From positions 1,563,061 to 1,627,060 of the forward strand of contig MU058423.1 of the NCBI GenBank assembly GCA_013265495.1: a DNA stretch of 64,000 nucleotides. The letters are read 5' to 3'. Below, one piece after another: positions 25,997-38,907 of this stretch. Numbering within the stretch: the stretch's first letter is position 1; each line of letters starts with the position of its first letter. This DNA comes from Vicugna vicugna. Lineage: Eukaryota. The notes beneath the pieces are model-generated. The model was not told where the DNA came from, did not search any database, and saw nothing but the letters and a program-made list of their open reading frames with translations. The position numbers and the translations under genes were made by a program.

Positions 25997-26283
25997 AAAG
26001 AAGAAGAAGGAAGAAGAAGAAGAAGAAGAAGAAGAAGAAGAAGAAGAAGAAGAAGAAGAAGAAGAAGAAGAAGAAGAAGAAGAAGAAGAAGAAGAAGAAG
26101 AAGAAGAAGAAGAAGAAGAAGAAGAAGAAGAAGGAGGAGGAGGAGGAGGAGGAGGAGGAGGAGGAGAAGGAGAAGAAGGAGAAGAAGGAGAAGAAGGAGG
26201 AGGAGGAGAAGAAGGAGGAGGAGGAGAAGAAGGAGAAGAAGGAGGAGGAGGAGAAGAAGGAGAAGAAGGAGGAGGAGGAGAAA
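25997..26283 (+). repeat. Compound purine trinucleotide tract: (GAA)41, (GGA)11, then mixed GAA/GGA higher-order units
   Basis: GAA at 26010-26132 and GGA at 26133-26165 counted directly. Confidence 0.97.
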
Positions 26284-28923
26284 AGAAAGTGAATCACCTG
26301 CTCTATGCTCATCTTGAATATGCTATGGTAGCCTGGGGAGTTATGGAAAGAAAGGAAGAAGATCTAAAAGCAAGGTGGGCACATTCCAGACGGTTTGTGA
26401 ACTCTCAGACAGAACCTAGATATACAAATGCCTGGGATCCTCCCTTTCATACCCAAGCACTGTTTATCTTTAGGGAGATAGCCCTTATCATATCTATTAT
26501 CTATTCTTTTCTTTTCATCTTCTTAGTGAATTGAAAGGTAAGTTTCTTATTTCTGTTTTGTTTTCCACGGTGCTAGCCAGAGAAAAGTTGTAACTGTGAG
26601 GTTTGAGATTCTTTGATTCTGAGGTCAGTGCCCATGCTGGTGTAATTCAAAGGCAAGAATGCTTTCTTTTGAAATTTTAAATAGATAAAATCAAAACCAA
26701 GCCATTAAAATTTTTTAAATCTGGAGCTGCAGTAAATGAGAAAAGAAGATTCAGAACCAGGTAGCAAAAGCACTTTGTGCAACCAACCAAGTGAATATAG
26801 GATAGCCGCAGGTTCTTTTGAGTGTGATAAGGAAGCCCACGTTTCTTTCTCAATTCTATCTCAGTCCAGACCATTCTCTTCACCACAAAGTGTAGGACAG
26901 TTGGAGAACTTGCTCCAAAAGCACTGCCGTCCACAGATACAGTTCTAGGCTGAAACCATTTTAGTATTCTCAACCCACGTGCAGATATAGAAAACTCTGT
27001 GGGAGTATAATAATGAGGTAGTTATTACAAGTGACCAGGGAGACCTAAACAAAGCCTGGGGCTCTGCTCTATGAGTCAGACTTTGGACAAGTTGTTTAAC
27101 TTCCCTGAGACACAGTTTCTCATCTGTAAAATGGGATACAGAGTGGGAGAAGAACTTAACATGTGCTTAGTATGTACAAAAAGAATACACGTACAAAGAT
27201 TGGGAAATCACTGGCTATTCAGGGCTGCTAACATTACTCACGTTTACCAAGAAATTGCCTTACTTTGAAGGGGCACTGGCAACAAACCCCAGTGTCTTTT
27301 GCTGTATCTTGTAGTGCGTGTGCCTGTAATTGTGTGAGTAGTTAAGGTCTTCCTGCAATCTCTTATACGGTCTTCAATACATTAATCCCATTTTAAAACT
27401 GATCCATTGCCTAGATATCATTCTGTGGAGCCCTAGTTCCAGCTTTCCAAAGGGGCCCATAGACTAATCCAGAATCTGTGCTGATCGGCAGTCCTGGTGC
27501 CCAGAGAATGCCCAGCAATTGATGATTCAGACTGAGACCATTGAGCGGAGCAGGGGGAAGGCACAAATAGAGGACTTCTCTCCATCCCCTGCAAAGCACA
27601 AATACCAATCTGAGATCTCAGAGAGAGGGCTTCAGTTCTGGCAGAGTACAGCCAAACTCTTGGCTGCTGCCGCTGTTGCTGCTAATGATGGTGATAGTAT
27701 TTGATCCCAGGCACTGTTCTAAGTGCTGAAAATACATAACTCACGTAATCATCACAACAACCCCATGTCATGGGTATTCTTATTATCCTTACTTTCCAGA
27801 TGGAGTCACGGAGAAACTAAATAACTTAACCATGGTCATCAGCTAGAAAGTGACACAGATGAGATTCAGACTTGCTCTGGATCCCTCACTCCTAACCGCT
27901 AACACTGCCTCTCATGGGGCTTGGGTATGTAGGCTAGTTTGCGTTATCTCACAGATGTGGGAAGAGAAATGGTTCCAGAAGGCAGACTTTCATCTGAGTT
28001 TTAACTCAGGGCAAGTGAGATTTGTTTTGTTGGTTGATGAGGGAACAATCCCATAAAGGGTCACAAACTTTGACAACCTTTTCTACTAGTCTTGCTTTCA
28101 CACTACTACTTTTATGTCCTTTCTTTATAATCTTAAAAAAAAAAATCAGGTCAGCCCATTATCTCAAAAAACAAACAAAAACCAAAAAACCCAGAAAACA
28201 ACTAACTAACACTTTCTGGGTATGGGCACATGGAATTACTACTTTCTCTCTACCAGGCAATTGTAAGGCAGTTGTTGCTACCAGGCACTTGTACCTTGAT
28301 GCAGTGTGAGAAAAGGCATTTTATAACCTTCAAGGAAAGAGAAACTCTGTTACAGGTCTGTGCAGAGGAGGCTTTTGAGGGCAGCAGAGAGGAAAGTAAT
28401 ACTAACTACCCCTTCTCTGACCCTAGTATGTAGCCACTATCTCTCCCTCTTTCTCCTTAGCAGAAGTGAGGAAATTAAAAAGGATATTATTGAAAAAGCT
28501 AGAGATGTGGACGCTGTTAACATGCACCTACATTAAGTCTGCTCATGCATGCTGCTTGACTCTAGAGCTATAAGCCAAACCACATGGTATTTCTGTAATT
28601 CATGATGGCACAGAGCTGAGGCCAGAGTAAGTGCTCAGTAAATTGATGTGCTTTCTCCTCCTCCTCTCCTCTCCTCTTAATCTCTTTCTCTTCCACTCCC
28701 TGCTTCCTCCCAATGATGCCAGCCCAGTTAGTGCTATCTATAGATAGATAAGTTCTTTTAGGAAGGCGTCTACTTTCCTTCAATGAAGATGTTCAATAAG
28801 AACAACTTATGAAAACAATTAAAGGAGACTAAAGCACTGGAGAATTATTTGGATTTGATGATTTTTAACATTCCTTCTGTACTTGATTTTTTTCATAATT
28901 GGAAAGCATTCCATTCCCCCAGG

Positions 28924-28943
28924 ACACACACACACACACCACA

Positions 28944-28981
<38 letters not shown>
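28924..28981. repeat. Interrupted (CA)n microsatellite
   Basis: Seen directly. Confidence 0.95.
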
Positions 28982-28983
<2 letters not shown>

Positions 28984-31869
28984 AGCAAGCTTGTGAGAAA
29001 GAGAAGAGGCTTATCACAAAGCAAAGTGAAAATACAAATACTCAGTGAATAATCACAGGTTTTGTAGCCTCCAGTAACAAAAAAGCAAGGGAAGACATGA
29101 AATGATTTAGGTGTTATCTGAAAGGGAGCCATTCTCTTAGCTGAATTCAGTGATCAATTAATTAACCAATCAATTCAGCCAACATTTGACTTACTGATGA
29201 GAGTTGTTGATTCTTGCCAGCTGATGGTTAATTCAGGTGAACAGCTGGAAAACCAGACAGGCAAATATTCTGATTTTGTCACTAAACTGGTAATTGATTT
29301 AGTATGCTAGGTAATTGTACCCTGTCCTCATCTAGCAAAGCACAGATTAAAACAGTAAAAACTAATGTGCACACAAGCGGAATAGGTAAACATTACCTGT
29401 CAGTGCCTCAGAGGGGTCTATATCAACTTTGGGGATCCAGGCCACAGAGACAATGCATGTCCATCTCCCTTGATTCAGAGAACTGGGATAGACATCTGGA
29501 ATCCTTCTTTTATACAAAAATACATCTCCCTGTGCACTTGACATAAGTGAGGTCTGATCTGTCTTTCTGCGTGACCTTTAGGAGGCTGGTAGAGTTTTGG
29601 CCCCTCTCCTAACCTCCCTCCTCTATGTAAACTTGAGTCCCTCTGTGGGCAAAGCCGTAATCTCCCCTGATATTGGTGCTCATGGGCATTTCCCAAATGA
29701 CATTTGTGGGGAATTGTTATTTTGAAAATTAGAGGAAATCTCTTTTTTTCCTTGCTTTGTCTTAGGCTTCTACTTTAATAATGATTCTTTGTGTGTGTAT
29801 ATATATATATATGTATATATATGCATTTATATATTTACCTTTATAAAGAGCTCTAATTTAATAATTGAAAATGCATGATTATGTTATACTTTGGGGGAAT
29901 AAATTAAAATAATATATTGAAGGAAATATTCAATTTTTTCCATCCTCAGGAAGAAAAATTAGTGTGCATATCCTTACTATGTACATTTGGTAGAAAACTG
30001 AAACAAATGTCCATGATAGCAAACATTTATTGTCAAAGCCATTGATTAGGATTCTAAAGAACTTGTGTCCTCCTGGAATCTTGTTATGGATTAAAAATAG
30101 TAACTGAGGCTAGTCTTGTTCTAGGAAATGAAAGTCTGTGACTTGCAACCTTGTAGAATTTGAGTTATCATTTTCTGATAGGCATTAACAAACAGGAGAA
30201 ATATTTGCTCAAGCTAACAAGTTAATATAGCTATCCAACAAGTGTAACAAATGAAACAGTAATAAAATAATCAATGAACTGAAACAACCTCATTTGTTCT
30301 TTAGAATGAAGTATTTTTCCTATGAACTAGTACCCAGGTTTCCAGAAGCCTTGGTACGTGTCACTATTTTAACTCACAAGTGACAGGTATCTGAATACAT
30401 GAGGTGTTTGGGTAGGATGTCTTTATTGAAATCTACTAAGTGACCAATGGATGCCAGGCATTGGGCTAAGCCTGTACTATCATCTGTAATCCTTATAGCC
30501 CCTCTGCAAATTGCCTGTTTTATGCATGTGGAAATCCATGCTTTCAGAGATGAAATGCCTTGTTCAAAATTACCCAGGTAGAAGAATGTGAAGGAACTGA
30601 GGCTGGACTGAAAGCTCCATGAAGATAGAGCATGTCTCATTTAGTCACTACTGTATCTACCTCAGAGCCTATGTTAAGTTTTTTTTGAATAAATAGTTAT
30701 AGTAAGATTTTTAAAAAATAGTTATAAACTATTATATTTTTATATTATTTGTTTACACATAGTTCTAAATAGATGAATGCATAAATGTGTGAGCAAATGT
30801 CTGACTTCAAGTCAAGTGTTCTTTCTGTTTTAGCAAGCTCCTTCCTCTAAATCTTCACAAAATGGTAGTTACCCTAATAAGTTAAAGAAGGGCTCCAGCG
30901 CTTGAATTGAGGTTAATTAGGTGATGGAGGCAGTTACTGATGCTAAACAAAAATTTTAAAGGCAAATTATATCTAAAAATGTCAATAGAGAAACCTGTTT
31001 AATATTTAAGCCAATTAATTATTTTGCAGAAAGGCTACTTCTCAATTTCTAAGAGGTTGTGAAACCATTTTCTATTCTTAAAAAGGACAGATATTTATTT
31101 TTTGGAAGCTAAGCCACTGATACAACTTTCGCAAGAATACAAGCTTCAGATATGTTCTGTAGCGGGTACAGATTCAGCTGAACACTTCGGACTCTCAACT
31201 CATACAGCACAGTGCAAGAAGCAATTACAGTTCTGATTCTTTGACTCCAGGAAGAATTTAAATTATGAAGTCTACATACTTTAAGTCCGAAAAAGGTGAA
31301 AAATTCTAAAAAGAATGTTTAAAGGGTTAAAATAAACCGGATTTTTGAGCATAATCTGTTAACTTCAGTTATTCAGCATGATTAGGAATGTGACTTTGTG
31401 GATATAATGGAAAGTGAACTGTATGTTTGGCTGCCTACTTTTCTTGTTTACTCCTTGTCCCCATCCCTTAAGAACTCCAAGCTCCCTCTTATCTCAGAGA
31501 CTTTGTAATTGTTGACTCTGTTTGCATTATGCCCTGTTTTTATTTCTTTGTGTCAGGTTTCACTATTTCAATTCATTTACTGGTTTATTTGCTTATTGGC
31601 CGTCTCCCTCATAAGACTATAATCCTACAAGAGCTGGAAACTCTTCCGTTGTTTTTGCTACTGTGTCCCAGTGCAGACACTATGTGTATCTACACATAGT
31701 AGATAATAACTATTTGCAAGAAATAATGAGACAAAAATCTATAGTATCACTACAAAGTTTGCACTTATTCTTAGTGACTGGATTCCCAAGGCCCAGCCTT
31801 TAGAGGCTGATTATTTTCTTTAGGGATTTGCCCTCAGGAGGGGAATGGTACTTGTGTGACTATTGTGAC

Positions 31870-32437
31870 TTTGTTAAATGAACATCTGTTAAGTATAGCC
31901 CTGGGTATCTGGCTGTTGAGCCACAGTTCAAGAAAGACCACAAGGGAATTGAAATAGAGAAGTTTATTGCTCACAGATCTTAGAGGAGATACACTGTATG
32001 CCTTAAGGGGCCATGCAAGGAGGTCAAGGTGGGGTGCTGGCAAAGAACACGGCAGGACCTGGGGCACATGTCTTGATTAGGGTCTACAGATGAAATGCTT
32101 TGGTATTCCCTGCCTAAGTCTAGATTGGTCAATTCAAAAGAAAAAGAGCGGGGTGGGGGGTGGCCTTCATGGGGGGTGGGGGGGTTGGGGGTCTTATCTA
32201 GGGGATGCACAAAGCCTTAGGAAGCAGAGGAGAGCAGGGGTGAGTGCTTACCATGAGTGGCTGGGCAAGTCATACCAGGATCTTACATTTACTTGTGACT
32301 CTAAAAGCTGTTATTATCTAGGACATGCACTTACGGGATGGGCTAGAGTCAGTTCAAGGCCCCTGCAGGCTGGCTGGCCACATAAAAAGGATGCCAGGGC
32401 AGCAATATTAAGGAGTAGTTTAGCTAAATTCTCAACA
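31870..32437 (-). mobile_element. Solo LTR, probably ERVL class
   Basis: Minus strand begins TGTTGAGAATTTAGC, has an internal AATAAA (+ strand aagtttattg, ~31963) and LTR-like length; left boundary uncertain. Confidence 0.6.
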
Positions 32438-32522
32438 GTGGCAAGTAGCCAAGCTGTCCTCACATGCAGACTATAAAGAGAGGAAGTGTGAACCAGACAA
32501 CTCCATTCCTTAGCCTTACTCT

Positions 32523-33014
32523 TTTTGTTGTTATTGTTGTCTGAGGTTTATTGAAAATATTACAGCACCACAGAAAGATTTAAATGGCTCTGTGTGGTGT
32601 TTTGAAATTCATCCCAGCTGCAGGCTGAGTAACCTGCAGGTTAGACAGACTGCCCAAGTCTGAGAGCTTCAGCATGTCCCTAGTGTCAGGATCTACTTCA
32701 CTCATCTCCTGATTCAGGGCTGAGACCTCAGGAACGTAATTATCTCTCCTCTCCCTCTCCTACCCCTGCAGCTGGGTGGAGATGCCCCTCACTGGGCCTC
32801 TCTGAATCTGCTTCCTTGGTTGTGTATGACACAGTCTGCTATCTTGTTGTGGAGCTTCTTGCTGGGAATTAGGGCGATCACCTCGCACACGTGCTTGTTG
32901 GTGGGGAAGTCATCACCCAAGTGTGTGTGGTACTTCTCAGTGATGACGCAGGCTGCCTTCTTCACAGTTTTGGTGGGAATGTGGCCCATGTTGGCAGGTC
33001 CTTGGTAAAAGAGG
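32523..33014 (-). pseudogene. RPS17: RPS17 processed pseudogene
   Basis: [20 protein letters not shown]...[11 protein letters not shown] and C-terminal GMNFKTPH match RPS17; intronless, frameshifted; 5'TOP cctcttttaccaagg, AATAAA at 32552-32547, decayed A-tail. Confidence 0.93.
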
Positions 33015-33863
33015 TGGCCTTACATTAAAATAGACATGTGAATAGCAAAGAAATAAATTACTTACACTGTACAAAAGTTAAGTGAAGATAAAGATTTTAA
33101 ATATATATATATATAAAAACTCTAGCTACAGATGAGTTCTCATAGGTTATTTTATTTATTGTCTCAGTCTCATAGCGAAGTTAATATTTACTTGAGGCCA
33201 GCAGCACTGTGGGGAATGTGGACTGCTCCAGCACCTGGGCTTCAGGCTCTGTTGATAGGTAGCTTCAGTCCACTCTCACTTCCCTGTTTATAACCTATGA
33301 GAAGAGAAGGTGCTAACTTACCTTCTTAGGTTTTTAAGTGACTTGTGAACGATAGTTAAAAGATGAGTGAGGGGGGGTCTCTTTTTACATTATAAGGCTT
33401 TATTTCGAAGCTCTTCTTCATCTTTATTCCTTACTGTTCTCTCTGTGAAATGGAAGCAGGAACAGAACTATTTCTCAAGGTGACTCCTTGAGCCTACCTA
33501 AATTGTTTGCTTGAATTGATTGGTTCCCTTCTAATCAGAAAAGGCTTTCTTGGTAACCATTTACTCATTCCAAATTTATCTTGCTCAAGCTGTTTTCCAA
33601 ACATTGTGCTTGAAGGTTCAGAAGGAAAGGACCTATTTACCTACATTATTACTAGGCTCTCTGGTTCCCTTTGGTTTACATGTTTGTTTGTTTATTGACC
33701 GTGTACACTGTGCTAATTAAGTACTGCAGATAGAAAATTATGAAAGTACACTCCTTACCATCATGTTATTTAGAGTCCAATTAGGGATTTTGAATACAAA
33801 GAGATAATGTCAATAAAATGAGATACAAGTAAAACTATTTTAAAAGAAGATTGAGGAAAAGAG

Positions 33864-36690
33864 GGATCAACCAAGGTGTTGACATGAGGCTCTTAACTCC
33901 ACACTGAATGCACAGCTGCTACACACAGAGCAATTACTTCTGGGAGAAATCCAGAAGCAAGCTGTGTGATTCCTGCACATCAGGTGAATGAAAAATACCC
34001 ACATCAAAACAGGTAAGAAAGCTGAGTGAGACAAGTTTGCCATAAACTGCACCCTCAACACAGTGTCACAGAGTGAGAGGGAATGTCCCATTCCAAACTT
34101 CTTCCTGAGGAGTGAAGGGTTTGGACCCCATAATTAGGGTCCCAAATTTTAAGACTCCCACCTGAGTAACAGGCTTCCAAAACACCTAGCTCTGAAAGCC
34201 AACAAGGTTTGCATCCATGAGACAATGAAACTATCACAAAGAGGCAGTTTCTAGCAGGCTAAGGTGCAAGCACTCACCATGGCTGTTTCCCCAGGGCTCA
34301 GCACAGAGGGAGCAGGCAAAATTTATCCATCTTTCCCTGAAAAATCTCTGTCTGAATACTTTAAAACTTTCTGCCTGAGGGTCAGGCTTCTAATCTAGCT
34401 TGCATCTGGAAGTTGGCTATGGTCCTCCCCAGAAACTGGGAAAGATGGCGGACACCTTCCCTGCATTCTCCTTCAGCCCACTCAAAAGTCACAAGTTTTT
34501 CCCAGGAAAGAGCCTGTACACAAATCTGGCTTCCCAGCTCTTGTGACTGCTGCCTGAGGGATGGGCCTCTGGATTGTCTGACTCTGATTGCCAATGAGGT
34601 TTGCATTAACAAGTCCCATAGTGCTATAGCACATGAATAAACAATTCTTAACAGGTGCAGGAGAATCCCTCTGCAGCTATACACTTGGACCCAGCACAAA
34701 GAAAACAGACAAAAAAAAATATATCACAATTTCTTCTCCCTTGGAAGAAGCTTAACTACATACTTTCTCAGTTGTCGCTAGAGGATCTGACTTCCATTCA
34801 GCCTGCACCTACATGCTGAATGTAATTCTTCTCTTTGGGACACTGACAGGTCTTGGCACACCCTCAGGTATGGAGAGGTACTAAGAACAAGCTTGGACAG
34901 CACCTTGCCCAATCAAAGATTTGAGAAGCAATCAGGAGTTTTGGCTGGACCAGTAGACAAGGTTCATCTCCTACACAGAAACACTCTGTCAAGATGGCGA
35001 GAAGTGGCATTTTCACCTAATGTACAAAAACCAACACAGAGTGTCAAGGCAAATGAAGAAAGAGAGAAATATATCCAAATAGGACAAGATGAATCTCCAA
35101 AAACAGATTTTCATGAAGCAGAGATAAGTGACTTATCAGACAGAGAGTTCAAAATAACATTCATAAAGATGCTCATTTAGTTCAGGAAAACAACACATAA
35201 ACAAAGTGATAATTTTAATGAAATTATAGAAAATATTTAAAAGTACCAAACAGAAATCATGTAACTGAAATATACAATAATTTAATTTAAAAATTTAATA
35301 GAGGGGTTCAATAGCAGACTAGACCAAGCAGAAGAAAGGGTCATTGAACTCGAAGATAGACAGTTGAATTATCCAATCAGAGGAGAAAACAGAAAAAATA
35401 ATTTTTAAAAAGTGAAGATAGCTATCAACAATAGATAGATCATCCAGGCAGAAAAATCAATAAGAAAACATTGGACTTAAACTACATGTTAGATCAAATG
35501 GGCCGGAAGACATTTATAGAACATTCCATCTAATAGCAACAGAATACACATTATTCTCAAGTATACATGGAATATTTGCCAAGACAGATTATATGTTAGG
35601 CCACAAAATAAGTCTTAATACATTTAATGTTGAGGATCATATCCAGCATCTTTTCTAAACAAATGGCATGCAATTAGAAATCATTAATAAGAAGGAAATT
35701 GTAAAATTTACAAAAATGCAGAGATTAAACAACATACTCCTAAACAAACAATGGGTCAAAGAAGAAATAAAAGAGAAGTTAAAAATATCTTGAGACATAT
35801 GAAAATGGCAATACAACATATGAAAACTTAGGATGCTAATTATTAGAGAAATGCATATTAAAACTACAATGAGGTATCACCTCATACCACTCAGAATGGC
35901 CATTGTCAAAAAGTCTACAAATATTAAATGCTGGAAAGTAGTGGAGAAAAAGGAACCCTCCTACACTGTTGACAGAAATGTAAATTGGTGCAACCACTAT
36001 GGAGAATATTATGGAGGTTCCTTAAAAAACTAAAAATAGAGTTACCATGTGATCCAGCAACTCCATTCCTGGACATATATCTGGAGAAAACTCTAATTCA
36101 AAAACATACATACACCCTGATGTTCATAGCAACACTATTTACAACAGTCAAGACATGGAAGCAACCTAAACGTCCATTAACAGATGAATGGATAAAGATG
36201 AGGTATATATACACAATGGAATATTACTCAGCCATGAAAAGAATGAAATAGTGCCATTTGCAGCAACATGGGTTGACCTAGCGATTATCATACTAAGTGA
36301 AGTAAGTCAGACAGAGAAAAACAAATATCATATGACATCACTTACATGTGGAATCTAAAAATATGATACAAATGAATATATTTACAAACCAGAAATAAGC
36401 TTATAGACATAGAAAACAAACTTGATGTTAACATAGGGGAAAGAGACAGGGACAGATAAATTAGAAGTTTGGGATTAACAGATACACACTACTATATATA
36501 AAATGGATAAACAACAAGGACCTATTTTATAGCAGAAGGAACTATATTCAATAGCCTGTAATATCCTATAAAGGAAAAGAATCTGAAAAAGAATATGCAT
36601 ATATATATATATATATCTGAATCACTTTGCTGTACACCTGAAACTAACACAACACTGTAAATCAACTATACTTCAATTTTTAAAAAGATA
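33864..36690 (+). mobile_element. LINE-1 with 5'UTR, partial ORF1, short endonuclease segment, ORF2 C-terminus and 3'UTR (two internal deletions)
   Basis: ORF1 EISDLSDREFKITFIKML; EN-type gatcatccaggcagaaaaatcaataag; C-terminal IIREMHIKTTMRYHL and TWKQPKRPLTDEWIK; 3' end aaatcaactatacttcaa. Confidence 0.88.
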
Positions 36691-38540
36691 ACAAGGGAAA
36701 TCAAAATTGTCATCATCTCAAACAGCAGTTAACATCATTACATTCAAAATCAGTACCAGCAATCAAGAACATCAAACTACAACATTCAAAAACAAGCATT
36801 AATGAGTGTTTACCATGTGTCTGGTTCAAAGGAAATTATAAATTAAAAAATCAGAAAAGTTGTACCCAAAATAGAAAACTATGAATTAAAGGAAAGCATT
36901 GAGACATATTTATCTGCCTGTAGGAACTAAAACTCTGAACACTTATGCTGTGTAAGTAGTTAAGCTCTTAATACTGTTGGAGGTTTTTTTACAATGTAAA
37001 TTTGGTCAAGTTACTAAATTTTTTCTTAGTTTTCCCAATGGGAAAGTGAAACAATAGAGATGAAAAGTTTTTTAAACTATAAAGTGATACAAATTATTAT
37101 TATTATTTTATTCAGAAATCAGATAACAGTAGAAAGTCAGAACTGAATATAGAGGAATTTGGAACTTAGCATTGGATTGATCTGTGTAACACAAAGTCTC
37201 ACCTCATCATTTTGCAAATAAAAAAATTAATTGTGAAGTCAAAGATGGACTGAAAACAAAAGCTTTTTAAAAGTTCATTTTTAAGAAGAAAATAAAATTA
37301 CTACTTCCCATCACCTAATGATAACTACTGTTAATATTTGGTGTATATTCTTTCAAATTTTTCTTTCTCTCTATGCTTCTCCTTCTTAGCACACAAATGC
37401 TCATATCACACATATTCTTACAAAAACACTGTTCACTCTGTTTCATAATAATTTAATGTAACACTAATAACCCTACATATTAATAAATATATCTCAACAA
37501 CAATATTCTTATTGACTAATTTTTATTTCATTGTATGAATTTGCTCATAATTTATTTAAATAATATACTATTGTTATTATTTATTTCTTTTTTGTTATTT
37601 TAAGAGTGCTCTGGTTAATATCTGTATCTGTTGGTCTATTTTAGTTTTCTTTTAAAAATAAACAATGTATAAACATATAACAGGAAGTACAGAGGTTGGA
37701 CAAGCTTCAGGGTGGTTTGGTTCAGTGGTACTATGATTGCATCAGAGAGTAATTTGTCTATAGTTCTGCTGTCCAAGTGTCACTTTTATCTTTAGACTGG
37801 CTTTCTTCACAGGCTTAATATAGCCATAGTAGTTATAGAAACCATGTGCTTCTCTGTACACATCCAGAAGAACAGAGAAAAAGTAATTTTACCTAAACAG
37901 TAGAACAAGAATTCTTTTCAATCTGGACCAACTTAAGTCATATGCCTACCTCTGGACTAAAAACTGTTAGTAGAGAATGCTATGGAATAAATGGCTTACA
38001 TCATGGTTTCTGGGCCACTGCCTAGGGGAATAAACGGACATGCTTGACTTAATCAGGGCCCAACTCCAAAGTTGAACTAATTCTTCTAATCTGCAGCTAT
38101 ACAATGAAGGAGTAGTAGAAATAAGGAGTCCACTACGCTTAGTCCTGAACTTCTCATAGTTTAATGTAAAATTGGGAAATTCATATAAAATAGACTGTAA
38201 TATTGGTTTCTGTTGGAAATTCTTATAAAATCATAAAACTTTAAAAAATTTGGATTGCATACTCTACAAGTACACAAACTGAAACTGACAGACATACTAT
38301 AGGACTTTATAAGCCTTATTTTCTTTGGGGACACCATCTTTTTTTTTTTTTTTGGAAACCACTGGTTTCTTGTCAGTTATTCTGCTTACTTTTTTTTGTA
38401 CTCTTCCCTGAGACATATCTGCAGTTTTTCTCCTAAGGCAAATATTTCTCTCCCAAGACCTTAGACTCGTGCTTCTTCTAATCATCCTGAATTTCTCTAA
38501 CCAAAATACGATCCTCCACTAATGCCATGCTTACTGTAGT

Positions 38541-38907
38541 TATCTTAGTACATTTTGGCTGCTATAACATAAATACCTTAGACGCAGTGTCTTACAAACA
38601 ACAATTTTTGTTTCTCCCAATTCTGGAGTCTGGAAAGTCCAAGAACAAGGTCCAAGCAGATTCCGTGTGTGGTGAAGACCCACTTCCTGGTTCATAAATG
38701 ATTCTCTTCTGGTTGTGTCCTCACATGGTGAAAGGGGCAAGTTTGTTCTCTGGGGTCTCTTTTATAAGGGCACTAATTTCATTCATGAGGGTGCCTCTTT
38801 CATGACCTACTCATCTACCAAAGACTTCACCTTTAAATGCCATCATCCTGGGGATTAGGCTTTAACACATGGATTTTGAGGGGACACAAACATTCAGTCC
38901 ATAGCAG
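38541..38907 (-). mobile_element. MaLR LTR (MLT1A-like)
   Basis: tcttagtacattttggctgctataac...gggacacaaacattcagtccatagca. Confidence 0.8.

Noticed and set aside
25721..26534. Long poly-Arg, poly-Glu/Gly and poly-Phe/Ser ORFs (superficially like RPGR ORF15)
   Set aside because: They arise from a stop-free trinucleotide repeat; the flanks have no coding character
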